A program made the translations under genes and the position numbers. DNA of 34,852 nucleotides from Phycisphaerae bacterium (lineage in GTDB: Bacteria > Planctomycetota > Phycisphaerae > UBA1845), in contig JASFUW010000002.1 in NCBI GenBank assembly GCA_050050135.1, positions 1 through 34,852 of the forward strand, given 5' to 3'. This document shows, in pieces, positions 1 through 9,344 of this stretch (position 1 is the first letter of the stretch; each line of letters starts with the position of its first letter). The notes under the pieces were generated by a model. That model searched no databases and was not told where the DNA came from. It saw only the letters and a list, made by a program, of their open reading frames with translations.

Positions 1-330
1 ATTCTGCAGATAGGAAACTTCCCGTTCGAGTCGTTCGGGATGGGCGACGTCGTCTGCATCCATGACGGCCACGAACTGACCACGAGCAAGGGAGAGCGCG
101 TCGTTGCGCGCTCTGGATATTCCCGTATTGGGGCGGCTTACCAGGTGCACGCGGTCGTCACACGCCGCGAACCGTTCAAGTCGTCGCAGGGAGTCGTCGG
201 TCGAGCCGTCGTCAATGATGACGAACTCGAAGTCGGTGTATGTCTGCGCAAGAATGCTCCCGACGGCGACCTCGAGGTACGAGCCCGCGTTGTACACGGT
301 CATGGTGACTGAAACGGTTGGGCACTTCAT
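1..330 (-). CDS. Glycosyltransferase family 2, N-terminal part; the gene continues past the left edge of the window
   Basis: It is absent from the ORF track because it has no stop in the window. The reverse complement of 181-330 reads MKCPTVSVTMTVYNAGSYLEVAVGSILAQTYTDFEFVIIDDGSTDDSLRR, a classic GT2/GT-A N-terminus (VYN..., DDGSTD). The ATG is at 330-328. The listed + ORF 40..312 is its antisense shadow. Confidence 0.8.
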   Translation of the reverse strand, partial: MKCPTVSVTMTVYNAGSYLEVAVGSILAQTYTDFEFVIIDDGSTDDSLRRLERFAACDDRVHLVSRPNTGISRARNDALSLARGQFVAVMDADDVAHPERLEREVSYLQN

Positions 331-402
331 CGCGAGCGAACCGACATCAGGTCGGCATTTTCCTTGAAGACTCCTGCACTTCGCGGGCAAGCAACTGCCG
401 AA

Positions 403-1623
403 TCAACCGCACTCGACCATACCGGTCGACGCGTGTGAGTCTACGCCGCCGGCTGCCCGCCTTCGCATTTCGCTGGGATCATCCTTCCACTCCGCCAGCA
501 GCGCCTCAGCGTGCGGATCGGGTCGCCTTCGTAGCCGCTCTGCGACGAACTCGACGAGCCGGGCGTGTGTGCGCTGCGAGGGGACGCCGAGAGCCGTGCG
601 AATGCGAGACGCTTCGCCATTCCAGAGTCCCGACATCAGCGCCCAGAGACGGTGAGGGATGTAGTTGGAGCGCGAGCGCCGGATGACTGCGACGGAAACG
701 CGCTCCCAAGTTCGCCATCCGCGCACTTTCGCCATCCTCATTCTGCCACGCACCCATCCCGGGAATCGCGTGACAAACTGGCCGAAGGCCAGAGACAGTA
801 GAAACCACAACTTCGCGAATGTGCCGTGATGCGAACGGCGGATGGCCACGACTCGCTCGGCAAACAACCGCCATTCGGGCATGAGTTTGCGCGACGCGGC
901 TTTCGGATCATACCACGCGGCCTCCCCCTTGAATGTGCGCCGGACCGCGCGATACTCTTGCGTGATCTTCGCCAATCGGGTGGTAAACAGAGGTTTGGGT
1001 ATTTCACGAAACTCGCCCAGCAGTCTCAGCTCTGCAACCACCACCAGGTCGGCGTGATTGTACGCGCCGATCAGTCGTGTTTTGCGTAATGCGCTTGCAC
1101 GGGCGAGTCCGAAGACGAGGATGGGATAGAGAAGGCCCGGCACTCGCATCAGTCTGGGGAAGCTGATGCGGTCGTAGGGCGGGCCGGCTTCGGCCCACCC
1201 GACGGCGGGGTCTGTTCCCAAAGTTCCACCTTCGTACGTCATGAGGGTGCGCTGGGGAAAACAAAGCACGACGGATTCGGGGCTGTTGTCAAGAGCACGA
1301 ACGCACTCCTCCAAGTACGACTGGGCAAGCACGTCGTCATGGGCCGCCCACTTGAAGTACTCGCCGCGCGAGAGCTCGAACGTTCGATTAAAGTTCTTTG
1401 CCGCGCCCAGGTTTTCTTCGTTTCGGAAATATCGTACGCGCGGGTCTGAGGTGGCATAGCGTCGACAGATATCTTCTGTAGCATCCGTCGAGGCGTTGTC
1501 ACAGATGATCAACTCGAAATCCGAGAACGTCTGGCAGAGAATGGAGTCCACGGCGTCCTTGATGCAGTCTGCCCCGTTGTACACGGGCATTCCCAGACTG
1601 ACTCGGGGAGGGGACTCAGTCAC
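403..1623 (-). CDS. Glycosyltransferase family 2 with a ~180-aa basic C-terminal extension
   Basis: The N-terminus reads SLGMPVYNGADCIKDAVDSILCQTFSDFELIICDNASTDAT...NLGAAKNFN...AHDD, which are GT2 signatures. The start codon is GTG (cac at 1621-1623). Confidence 0.9.
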   Translation of the reverse strand: MTESPPRVSLGMPVYNGADCIKDAVDSILCQTFSDFELIICDNASTDATEDICRRYATSDPRVRYFRNEENLGAAKNFNRTFELSRGEYFKWAAHDDVLAQSYLEECVRALDNSPESVVLCFPQRTLMTYEGGTLGTDPAVGWAEAGPPYDRISFPRLMRVPGLLYPILVFGLARASALRKTRLIGAYNHADLVVVAELRLLGEFREIPKPLFTTRLAKITQEYRAVRRTFKGEAAWYDPKAASRKLMPEWRLFAERVVAIRRSHHGTFAKLWFLLSLAFGQFVTRFPGWVRGRMRMAKVRGWRTWERVSVAVIRRSRSNYIPHRLWALMSGLWNGEASRIRTALGVPSQRTHARLVEFVAERLRRRPDPHAEALLAEWKDDPSEMRRRAAGGVDSHASTGMVECG

Positions 1624-1659
1624 CTTTCCACACCTCGGGCGGGGACGAGCCGGTGGACG

Positions 1660-2853
1660 TCAGGCGGTATGGAATTCTGGTGCAATGCCCAGCTCACTTA
1701 CCGTCGTACGGATTTCGTCGATATATATGGGGTTCATAACCACCACATGGTGCGGGCGGTTTTCCCGGAGAAACGCCGGGGCGACGATCCGCTGTGCGGT
1801 TCCGGCCACATACATCCCCTGCTTCCGCGGATTGATGTCCACCACAAACTCGATCTCTGCGGATTCGCCCGCCAACATGTTCAGGAAAGTCACCCCTTTC
1901 GAACCGCAACCCCACACCACCGCGCGTTCGCCGTTTGCGGCGAAGCTTCGAATGCGGCGTTTCCACTTCTCGAGTTTCTCGTCGAAGCGGCTCGAAAAGA
2001 GCGATGTCTCGTCTACAAGGCCGTTCGAACCCGATTTCGTGCGTTGATCGCGCGGTACACCGGATCCGTCGGGACGCGCTTCGATCCATAGGAACTGTCC
2101 GTCATAGCCGGTACGAACCGCTTCCACCGAGAACCCGGCCTCGGCAAAACAGCGCGCCAGAGACGCTTCCGTGAAGTAGGAACAGTGCTCGTAGAGAATG
2201 TCCCATACACCGAGCTCTCTTAGTGTGAACAGGGCGTTGGGAACCTCGAAGAAGACGATACATTCCGAGTGTTGCCCAATGCTGCTTCGCACCGTGCGCA
2301 GAAAGTCGCGCGGGTCCGCAATGTGCTCGAGTGCATGCCGGCAGCAGATGAGGTCCGCGTCGCGGTCGTTCTGTTGCCCGTCGAAAAGCTCTGGCACGAT
2401 GGTGACTCGCGGATGCGCCCTTCCGTCCCCGGTCGTAAAGCTGGGATCAAATCCGAGACCGGTGTTGTCCCCCAGCTCACATATCAATTTCAGAAAATCA
2501 CCCTGGCCGCAGGCGATTTCCAGAATGCGTTTCTTCCGCAAGTCATGCCGCTCGACGAGGTAAGCTGCCAGATCCCTTGCGTAGTTCTGGAACGTAGGGG
2601 ACCAGTGCAAGGAGTTTTCATATCGTCCGTCATAGTCTATCTTGTTCGGCTCGAACGCGGAGTTGTGAATAAATCCGCAGTCACGGCAGACAGTGAGACG
2701 AATATCGCCTCTCGGTATGTTCAGAGCCTCACTCTCGGTCTCGCACAGAACATTGCAGTACACCGGCAGGTTGGCCATTGTCCAGAAGACCCGGGTGGTG
2801 TGTGATCCACATACCGGGCAAGAGTGTGCGGGATCCGGCTGTTCTTGCTTCAT
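1660..2853 (-). CDS. Class I SAM-dependent methyltransferase, Zn-ribbon plus C-methyltransferase-type C-terminal domain (paralog C)
   Basis: It has a CPVCGS...CRDCGF zinc ribbon, the SAM motif ILEIACGQGDFL, CCRHALEHI, and the C-terminal VVWGCGSKGVTFLN...VVDINPRKQG...VVMNPIY. I chose the ATG at 2853 (MKQEQPDPAHSCPVCG) instead of the track start at 2970, which would overlap the upstream gene. Confidence 0.85.
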   Translation of the reverse strand: MKQEQPDPAHSCPVCGSHTTRVFWTMANLPVYCNVLCETESEALNIPRGDIRLTVCRDCGFIHNSAFEPNKIDYDGRYENSLHWSPTFQNYARDLAAYLVERHDLRKKRILEIACGQGDFLKLICELGDNTGLGFDPSFTTGDGRAHPRVTIVPELFDGQQNDRDADLICCRHALEHIADPRDFLRTVRSSIGQHSECIVFFEVPNALFTLRELGVWDILYEHCSYFTEASLARCFAEAGFSVEAVRTGYDGQFLWIEARPDGSGVPRDQRTKSGSNGLVDETSLFSSRFDEKLEKWKRRIRSFAANGERAVVWGCGSKGVTFLNMLAGESAEIEFVVDINPRKQGMYVAGTAQRIVAPAFLRENRPHHVVVMNPIYIDEIRTTVSELGIAPEFHTA

Positions 2854-2906
2854 GTCGTGGGCACCGGGCGTCAGGCCGGCGGGTCGGGTGTCCGTATGAT
2901 CGACCT

Positions 2907-4088
2907 TCAAACCGTAACCAGCTCCGCGTCGAGACCCATAGACTCGAGATCGCGCTGAATTTCGGCGCAATAGATCGGATTCATCACCACAACGACATCC
3001 GGCGGAGCCTGGCAGAGTGATTCAGGTGCGACGATGCGATGCCCCCAGCCAACGAGGACTTTTCCCTGCCGGAAGGGATTGATATCCACGATCGCGGACA
3101 CATTTTCCTGTGTACCCACCGCGCTGAGAAACGACACACACTTCGAACCCGACCCCCAGATGGCGACGCGCTTGTTCTCAATGTTCCACGACTCAAAGCG
3201 CTGGCGCCAATCCGCGATGCGCGCTGTGACGGTCTTCCGGAAATGGTCGACGTCGGCTTCCAGTCGGGCAAGATCATCCTCCGACGACCATGCCGGCTTG
3301 GTCGGCATGGCTGACGGACGAGCGACGATCAACAGGTATTGATCATCGAAGTCCATCTCCAGTTCGAAAAGATCGAATCGCTGTGATCTGAACAGGCGAG
3401 CGAGTGACCCGAGACTGAAGTAGGCGCAGTGTTCGTAGTAAACATCCCAGAACGCTCCTTCGTTCAGTACGCGCTCGACGGCGGGGACCTCGAAAAAGAC
3501 GAGCGTATCCTCACGATCGCCGATGACGGTACGCACCTGGGCGACGAATTCCGCTGTCTGGTGAATGTGTTCCAGTGTGTGCCGGCAGCATAACACATCG
3601 CAGGGAAGGTCGGCGTGCTCCCGGGAATAGTAACTCTTGACGAAGCGGACACGGCCGTCACCACGCCCCTCGATGCGGTCGGGGTCGCAGGTCGGGTCGA
3701 TTCCGACTCCCCTATTCTCGCCCCGTTCACACAGTTCGATCAGGAAATCTCCCTTCCCACACCCGATCTCGACGACGTCCTTACCGCGAATCTCGTATTT
3801 CTCGATCAGGCTCTCGCAGAGCCGCGTCTGGAACGCCCGAAAATGCGGAGAGAAGGACTGCTGCTCTTCATAACCGGTCGCGTAATCCTGCACGGTCGGA
3901 TCGAAGACGACATTCGAGATGAAGCCGCACTGCCGGCAGAATCCGAGAACGAGATCGCGCTTCGGAAACGCGGCCGCTGATTCGGCGTCATCGAACATCA
4001 TGCAACTGTGCACAGGGATGGCTTCGCTCGAGTAGAACGGCGCCAATCCTTTCCCGCCGCAGTTCGGACATTGCGCTTCGCGGATCAC
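2907..4088 (-). CDS. Class I SAM-dependent methyltransferase, Zn-ribbon plus C-methyltransferase-type C-terminal domain (paralog B)
   Basis: It has CPNCGG...CRQCGF, VVEIGCGKGDFL, CCRHTLEHI and IWGSGSKCVSFL...IVDINPFRQG...VVMNPIY. By eye it is roughly 40% identical to paralog C. The GTG start at 4088 overlaps the upstream stop as GTGA (4085-4088). Confidence 0.85.
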   Translation of the reverse strand: MIREAQCPNCGGKGLAPFYSSEAIPVHSCMMFDDAESAAAFPKRDLVLGFCRQCGFISNVVFDPTVQDYATGYEEQQSFSPHFRAFQTRLCESLIEKYEIRGKDVVEIGCGKGDFLIELCERGENRGVGIDPTCDPDRIEGRGDGRVRFVKSYYSREHADLPCDVLCCRHTLEHIHQTAEFVAQVRTVIGDREDTLVFFEVPAVERVLNEGAFWDVYYEHCAYFSLGSLARLFRSQRFDLFELEMDFDDQYLLIVARPSAMPTKPAWSSEDDLARLEADVDHFRKTVTARIADWRQRFESWNIENKRVAIWGSGSKCVSFLSAVGTQENVSAIVDINPFRQGKVLVGWGHRIVAPESLCQAPPDVVVVMNPIYCAEIQRDLESMGLDAELVTV

Positions 4089-5338
4089 GCCGAAACTTCC
4101 CCTCGTGTTCGGACGATGCGCGGTGTGGGAACGGGCACGATGAACTCACCACCTTCGCTGAGATATTGGCGCTGCTGTTGTGAAATCTCGTTGATGAAGT
4201 TCCATGCGAGCAGTAAGACGTAGTCGGGCCTCTCCTCGAGGAGTGTCTCGCAGGGGTAGATGGGCAGGTGCAAGCCGGGCATGTACTTACCGTGTTTATG
4301 GACGTTGCGATCGACGACGAAGTCGACCAGCTCGGGGCCGATGCCCACATAGTTGATCAGCGTCGTGCCCTTTGCGGCTGCTCCGTAGGCGGCGATCCGG
4401 CTTTGGTCCTTCTTGAGCCCCTCCAGCAGTTTGCGAAGGCCGTCACGGACGCCGCCCACCCGGTCGGCAAAGTCCCGGTAATACCCATACTCCGTCACGC
4501 CGTTTTCCGCTTCCTTGTCGATCAGGGAACGGAGGGCCGTTGTCGGCGCGGCACGATGCTCGATGTAGAGTCGCAACGATCCGCCGTGGATGGAGAGGCG
4601 TTTGACGTCGTTCAAGTGCAAGCCGTGTCGCTCGAAGAGCCTGGAGAGTGCGGTGACGGAGAAGTAACACAGGTGTTCGTGGTAGATCGTGTCGAACTCG
4701 CAATGGTCGACCAGATCCACGAGGTAGGGTGCCTCAATGACGGCCACTCCGTCCTCTTTGAGCAGGACACCTATGCCCTCGACAAATCCGTTGAGATCGG
4801 GGACGTGGGCGAGGACGTTGTTGGCAATGATCACATCGGCGCGCCGTCCTTCGCTGCAGAGCTCTCGAGCCAGCTCGAGGCCGAAGAACTTACACAGCGT
4901 TTCCACGCCAGTCTCCCGAGCCGCGCGCGCCGGACCCTCTGCCGGGTCTATACCGAGGACCGGAACGCCGTGCTCGACGAAGTTTTTCAACAGGTAGCCG
5001 TCATTGCTGGCGAGCTCGACGACGAGACTGTTCTTGCTCAGCGAGCGTTGATCCAGAAGATCCAGTGCGTTGTCCCGAGAGTGCTCCAACAACGCGGGTG
5101 AGAAGGAGGAATAGTAGGGATAGTCCTCCCAGAACAGTATCTCCGGCGGAACGGTCTCGGTGATCTGCACCAGGGAACAGTCCTCGCAGAATACGACCGT
5201 AAGTGGATGGCGGGGCTCGGGCTCTTGCAGCATCTGTCGGGTCAACAGCCGATCGGCGAGCGGCATGATTCCCAAGTCCAGCACTTCCCGCAGGTGGGAG
5301 CCTTCACACGATCGACACTTTAGTGATGATGCTGTCAT
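4085..5338 (-). CDS. NDP-hexose C-methyltransferase-like class I SAM methyltransferase (paralog A, TylCIII-like pattern)
   Basis: It has CRSCEG...CEDCSLVQ, the SAM motif VVELASNDGYLL, ANNVLAHVPD, EFDTIYHEHLCYFS and the C-terminal AAYGAAAKGTTLIN...VVDRNVHKHGKYMPG. The ATG is at 5338. Confidence 0.88.
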   Translation of the reverse strand: MTASSLKCRSCEGSHLREVLDLGIMPLADRLLTRQMLQEPEPRHPLTVVFCEDCSLVQITETVPPEILFWEDYPYYSSFSPALLEHSRDNALDLLDQRSLSKNSLVVELASNDGYLLKNFVEHGVPVLGIDPAEGPARAARETGVETLCKFFGLELARELCSEGRRADVIIANNVLAHVPDLNGFVEGIGVLLKEDGVAVIEAPYLVDLVDHCEFDTIYHEHLCYFSVTALSRLFERHGLHLNDVKRLSIHGGSLRLYIEHRAAPTTALRSLIDKEAENGVTEYGYYRDFADRVGGVRDGLRKLLEGLKKDQSRIAAYGAAAKGTTLINYVGIGPELVDFVVDRNVHKHGKYMPGLHLPIYPCETLLEERPDYVLLLAWNFINEISQQQRQYLSEGGEFIVPVPTPRIVRTRGEVSA

Positions 5339-5341
5339 GAT

Positions 5342-6400
5342 TCAGGTCGTCCCGCCGACGGCTGCCGGGTATCCGTTCTTCCACCGCAGATTCTCATCAA
5401 TGACACCCTCCTCCATCAACCGTTTGATATGCTTGATGCGGAGGTACCGCTCTCCTTCCAAGTCTTCGAGTCGCAGGTCGATGGTCTTGTACGCCTGGTA
5501 GAGTTCTTCAATGCCCTTGCGAACGCTCCATTGTGGTACGAACTCGGGGACGACGCGTCCGATCTTGTCGAAGTTCACCCGGTAACATCGTCTGTCGGGG
5601 CCGCCGCCTTCGGCGTATTCGACGCGACTGCCCGGCACGACCTCCTGAACCATGTCGGCGATCTGCCGGATGGTGAAGTTGTCCTCGTTTCGTCCGACGT
5701 TGAATGCTTCGTTGTGGACTCTCTCGACCGGGGCCTCGAGGATGGCCACGAAAGCGGCGGCGATATCGCGGATGTGGACGACGGGCCGCCAGGCGGTTCC
5801 GTCGCCTTTCAGATAAACTTGTCCGGTGGTGTAGGCAAAGCCGACGAGATTGTTGACGACGAGATCGCCGCGTAGTCTGGCGGACGCCCCGTAGGCTGTT
5901 GCGTTTCGGAGGTAGGTGGGGCAGAAGTCGTCATCGGCCATCTCGGCCAAGTCACGCTCGACGAGGACCTTGGATTCGCCATATGGTGTGACGGGTCTGA
6001 AGGGTGCCCCTTCCGTCAGGATGTCATCCATTCCGCCCGCGCCGTAGGTACTGCACGAGGAAGAAAAGAGGAATCGCTTGACGCCAAGAGTCTTCGCCTG
6101 TCTCGCCAATCGCACCGAGGCCACGTGGTTGATGTCGTAGGTGCACTGCGGGTTCAGGTCTCCCAGGGGGTCGTTGGAGATTCCCGCGAGGTGAATGACG
6201 GCATCGACACCCGCCAGGTCATCGGGCGCGGCGTCGCGAACGTCCTTTCGTATAGCCGGGAAAGGCGGAACATCCTTGCCGAAGACGCACTGGGCGAACA
6301 GGTAGCTGTCCAGCCCAACGACCTCGTGGCCCGCCGCCTCAAGCATCGGTACGAGTACTGTCCCGATATACCCGTCGTGGCCCGTAACTAATACGCGCAT
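5342..6400 (-). CDS. NAD-dependent sugar epimerase/dehydratase (extended SDR)
   Basis: It has [16 protein letters not shown] (GxxGxxG), SSCSTYG and a YGESK (YxxxK) catalytic motif. It sits directly downstream of rfbF. Confidence 0.88.
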   Translation of the reverse strand: MRVLVTGHDGYIGTVLVPMLEAAGHEVVGLDSYLFAQCVFGKDVPPFPAIRKDVRDAAPDDLAGVDAVIHLAGISNDPLGDLNPQCTYDINHVASVRLARQAKTLGVKRFLFSSSCSTYGAGGMDDILTEGAPFRPVTPYGESKVLVERDLAEMADDDFCPTYLRNATAYGASARLRGDLVVNNLVGFAYTTGQVYLKGDGTAWRPVVHIRDIAAAFVAILEAPVERVHNEAFNVGRNEDNFTIRQIADMVQEVVPGSRVEYAEGGGPDRRCYRVNFDKIGRVVPEFVPQWSVRKGIEELYQAYKTIDLRLEDLEGERYLRIKHIKRLMEEGVIDENLRWKNGYPAAVGGTT

Positions 6401-6409
6401 GATGCCGAT

Positions 6410-7180
6410 TCAACTCCACACTTTCCACGGAGCGCGGCCCGACTGCCACATGACCTCGAGCAGGTGCTTTTCGCGCAGGGTGTCCATGCACTGCCAGAAG
6501 GAGTCATGCTTGTAGGCCATCAACTGCCCGTCCGCGGCGAGTCGTTCCAATGGCTCCTGTTCCCACTGCGTTTCGTCGCCCTCGATGTAGTCGAAGACCT
6601 GTGGTTCGAGGACGAAAAACGCTCCGTTGATCCAACCTTCGCCGAGTTGGGGTTTTTCCTCGAACAGGACGACGCGATCGCCGTCGAGGGTGAGTCGGCC
6701 GTACCGGGCCGGAGGTCGCACGGCCGTGAGTGTTGCGAGTTTTCCGTGCGAGCGGTGAAACTCGACGAGCCGATTGATGTCGAGGTTCGATACACCGTCG
6801 CCCCAGGTCAGCATGAACGTGGAGTCTCCCAAGAAGGGAGCCAAGCGCTTGATGCGTCCGCCGGTCATGGTGTCGAGGCCGGTGTCGACGAGGTCGACGG
6901 TCCATTCCGGTCTTTCGCCGTCGTGGACGGTGACGTGGGCCTTTCTCAAGTTCACGGTGAGGTTGCTGCTGAGTGAACAGTAGTCGACCATGTATCGCTT
7001 GATGACGTCGCCCTTGTAGCCGAGCGCGATCACGAACTGGTCACACCCGAAGTGGGCGTAGTGCCTCATGATATGCCAGAGGATGGGCCGTCCACCGATT
7101 TCGACCATCGGCTTGGGCTTGATCTCGGTTTCCTCGGCGAGCCGGGAACCCTTACCTCCTGCAAGTATGGCTACCTTCAT
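6410..7180 (-). CDS. rfbF: Glucose-1-phosphate cytidylyltransferase
   Basis: The sequence reads MKVAILAGGKGSRLAEETEIKPKPMVEIGGRPILWHIMRHYAHFGCDQFVIALGYKG...GGRIKR...WQCMDTLRE. The 256-aa length matches RfbF. The ATG at 7180 is preferred over the 60-aa basic extension in the track ORF. Confidence 0.9.
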   Translation of the reverse strand: MKVAILAGGKGSRLAEETEIKPKPMVEIGGRPILWHIMRHYAHFGCDQFVIALGYKGDVIKRYMVDYCSLSSNLTVNLRKAHVTVHDGERPEWTVDLVDTGLDTMTGGRIKRLAPFLGDSTFMLTWGDGVSNLDINRLVEFHRSHGKLATLTAVRPPARYGRLTLDGDRVVLFEEKPQLGEGWINGAFFVLEPQVFDYIEGDETQWEQEPLERLAADGQLMAYKHDSFWQCMDTLREKHLLEVMWQSGRAPWKVWS

Positions 7181-7271
7181 TCGTGTGACCTTCGTCGAAT
7201 GTCTCTTGCGCCCGTTCGCACGGGTGTTTGATTCCAATTCGCTTTGGCGCTTTTTTGTCGAGCCTTTTGCG

Positions 7272-8381
7272 TCAGACGCTCGCCAGCACTTTGACGATCC
7301 GCTCGGCTGCGTGACCGTCCCACAGGTCGGGGATTTGCGCGTCCCGTTGCGGGTTGTCACGGGCGGCGCGGTAACCGGCGAGAATGGCTCGGGGATCGGA
7401 GCCGGTCAGTCGGTTCGTTCCCTGCGTCACGGTGATCGGTCTCTCGGTGTTCTCCCGCAGCGTCAGGCAGGGTACACCGAGCACGGTCGTTTCCTCCTGG
7501 ATACCGCCTGAGTCGGTGAGGACCACGGCTGCTTCCGCCATGAGCTTGACGAAGTCCAAGTACCCGAGCGGCTGAATCATTCGCAGGGTCTTATCCTGTT
7601 CGACTCGGGAGAGCAGGTTCAAGCTGCGGAGATTGCCGGTCGTTCTGGGATGGGCGGGGAAGACGACGGGCATGTCGGTGCCGACCTGCTGAAGCGCGTC
7701 GAGGATGCCGGTCATCACGTTGGGGTCGTCGACGTTGCTCGGTCTATGTAGCGTGACAAGTGCAAAGCACTTGCTCTTTAGACCCAACGAGTTCAGCACA
7801 TTGGACTCGTCCGCTTTTGCGCGATGGCGGAGAAGCGTGTCCACCATGACGTTTCCGACGAGGTGGACCTTGCCGTCGGTGACGCCTTCGCGTCTGAGGT
7901 TCTCGACGCCGCTCGGTTCGGTGGCGAGCAGAACGTCGCTGACGCAGTCGGTGACCACGCGGTTGATCTCCTCGGGCATTGATCGATCGAAGCTTCGGAG
8001 CCCCGCTTCGACGTGGGCGACGCGAATGCCCAGCTTGGTGGCAACGAGGGCGCCGGCCATGGTGCTGTTGACGTCGCCGACGACGATGACCCAGTCGGGG
8101 CGGTGCTCGACACAAACGGGTTCGAGACGTTTCATAACCTCGGCGGTTTGCGCGGCGTGGGTACCGCTGCCGACCTCGAGATTCACGTCCGGCTCTGGGA
8201 TGCCCAGCTCGTCGAAGAACAGGCGGCTCATGTTGGCGTCGTAGTGTTGGCCGGTGTGGACGAGCAGGGTCTCGGCGGTTCCCGCTTCCGATAACGCGTG
8301 CACGACGGGTGCGACCTTCATAAAATTGGGGCGGGCCCCGCAGACGCACATGTAGAGCGGTTTTGTTCTGTCGGATCTCAT
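7272..8381 (-). CDS. wecB: UDP-N-acetylglucosamine 2-epimerase (non-hydrolysing)
   Basis: The sequence contains GARPNFMKVAPV...VHTGQHYD...GSGTHAAQTA...VVGDVNST...HVEAGLRSFDRSMPEEINR...TDSGGIQEE, which are canonical WecB motifs. Confidence 0.92.
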   Translation of the reverse strand: MRSDRTKPLYMCVCGARPNFMKVAPVVHALSEAGTAETLLVHTGQHYDANMSRLFFDELGIPEPDVNLEVGSGTHAAQTAEVMKRLEPVCVEHRPDWVIVVGDVNSTMAGALVATKLGIRVAHVEAGLRSFDRSMPEEINRVVTDCVSDVLLATEPSGVENLRREGVTDGKVHLVGNVMVDTLLRHRAKADESNVLNSLGLKSKCFALVTLHRPSNVDDPNVMTGILDALQQVGTDMPVVFPAHPRTTGNLRSLNLLSRVEQDKTLRMIQPLGYLDFVKLMAEAAVVLTDSGGIQEETTVLGVPCLTLRENTERPITVTQGTNRLTGSDPRAILAGYRAARDNPQRDAQIPDLWDGHAAERIVKVLASV

Positions 8382-8384
8382 GCC

Positions 8385-9344
8385 TTACGGCTCACCGGCG
8401 CGACCACCCAATTCATCGACACCGGAAGGGTCGGTCTTTGCCCCGACGGACGCCTCGTCGCGGGGATGTGCTGCGGCCATGTATCTGGCCAGTGCATCGG
8501 TCCAGTGGGTCGGTCGATGACCGGTCGCATTGGTGTACGCCTGCGTGCTCAACGCCGAGAAAGGAGGACGCCTGGCGGGTTGAGCGAGCGTCCGGGAAAG
8601 TATGGGCTTAACGCCGGTATCGAGGCCTGCGTTTTGAAGGATCGCCTGTGCGAATTCGAGCCGTGAGCATTGGCCACGGTTCGCAAAATGGACGGTTCCG
8701 CGCGCCTCGACATCCAACAATCGACAGATGGCGTCCGCCAGATCGGCGGCGTGCGTGGGGCAGCCGACCTGATCGGAGACGACGCGCAGCGTGGCACCGA
8801 GCCTCGCCTGGCGAAGGATGGCTTCGACGAAGTTCGCGCCGTGGGGTCCGAACAACCAGGAGGTTCGGACGATCAGATGTTCACATCCCGATTCCCGGAT
8901 CGCCTGCTCCCCTTCCCATTTCGATCGGCCGTAAACCGAGAGCGGGTTCGGTGTGTCGTCGGGTTCGTAGGGGTCCGTCGCGGTGCCGTCGAAGATGAAG
9001 TCGGTCCCGATGTGCACGCAGACGGCACCCAGCTCGGCACATGCTCGGGCGATGTAGCCGGGCGCTTTCGCGTTGACCGACATGGCTTGTTCGACCTGCG
9101 TCTCGCATTCGTCCACGTCGGTAAAGGCGGCCGCGTTGATCACAACGGTTGGCCTTAGGCTAGTCAGGGCGTCCGCGACATCCTGGCGCGCGGTGATGTC
9201 CAGTTCCGGAAGGTCCCAAGCGGTGGGTCGGCGGTGCGGTCCGTGGTGGGCACGGCGACTCAGTGTCTCCACCATGTCACTGCCGAGCATCCCGCGGGCA
9301 CCCAGGACGAGGGCTTCGCCGTCGATCCAAGGCTGCGGGCTCAC
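8385..9344 (-). CDS. rfbD: dTDP-4-dehydrorhamnose reductase
   Basis: The sequence contains ALVLGARGMLGS...INAAAFTDVDECE...VYGRSKWEGE (YxxxK)...VRTSWLFG...VVSDQVGCPT. I chose the GTG at 9344, which forms a GTGA overlap with the rfbB stop. The track ATG at 9449 would overlap rfbB by 109 nt. The exact start is uncertain. Confidence 0.85.
   Translation of the reverse strand: MSPQPWIDGEALVLGARGMLGSDMVETLSRRAHHGPHRRPTAWDLPELDITARQDVADALTSLRPTVVINAAAFTDVDECETQVEQAMSVNAKAPGYIARACAELGAVCVHIGTDFIFDGTATDPYEPDDTPNPLSVYGRSKWEGEQAIRESGCEHLIVRTSWLFGPHGANFVEAILRQARLGATLRVVSDQVGCPTHAADLADAICRLLDVEARGTVHFANRGQCSRLEFAQAILQNAGLDTGVKPILSRTLAQPARRPPFSALSTQAYTNATGHRPTHWTDALARYMAAAHPRDEASVGAKTDPSGVDELGGRAGEP

Noticed and set aside
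40-312. A + strand 90-aa ORF lies at the left edge.
   Set aside because: It is antisense to the partial GT2 gene, whose N-terminus reads clearly on the minus strand.
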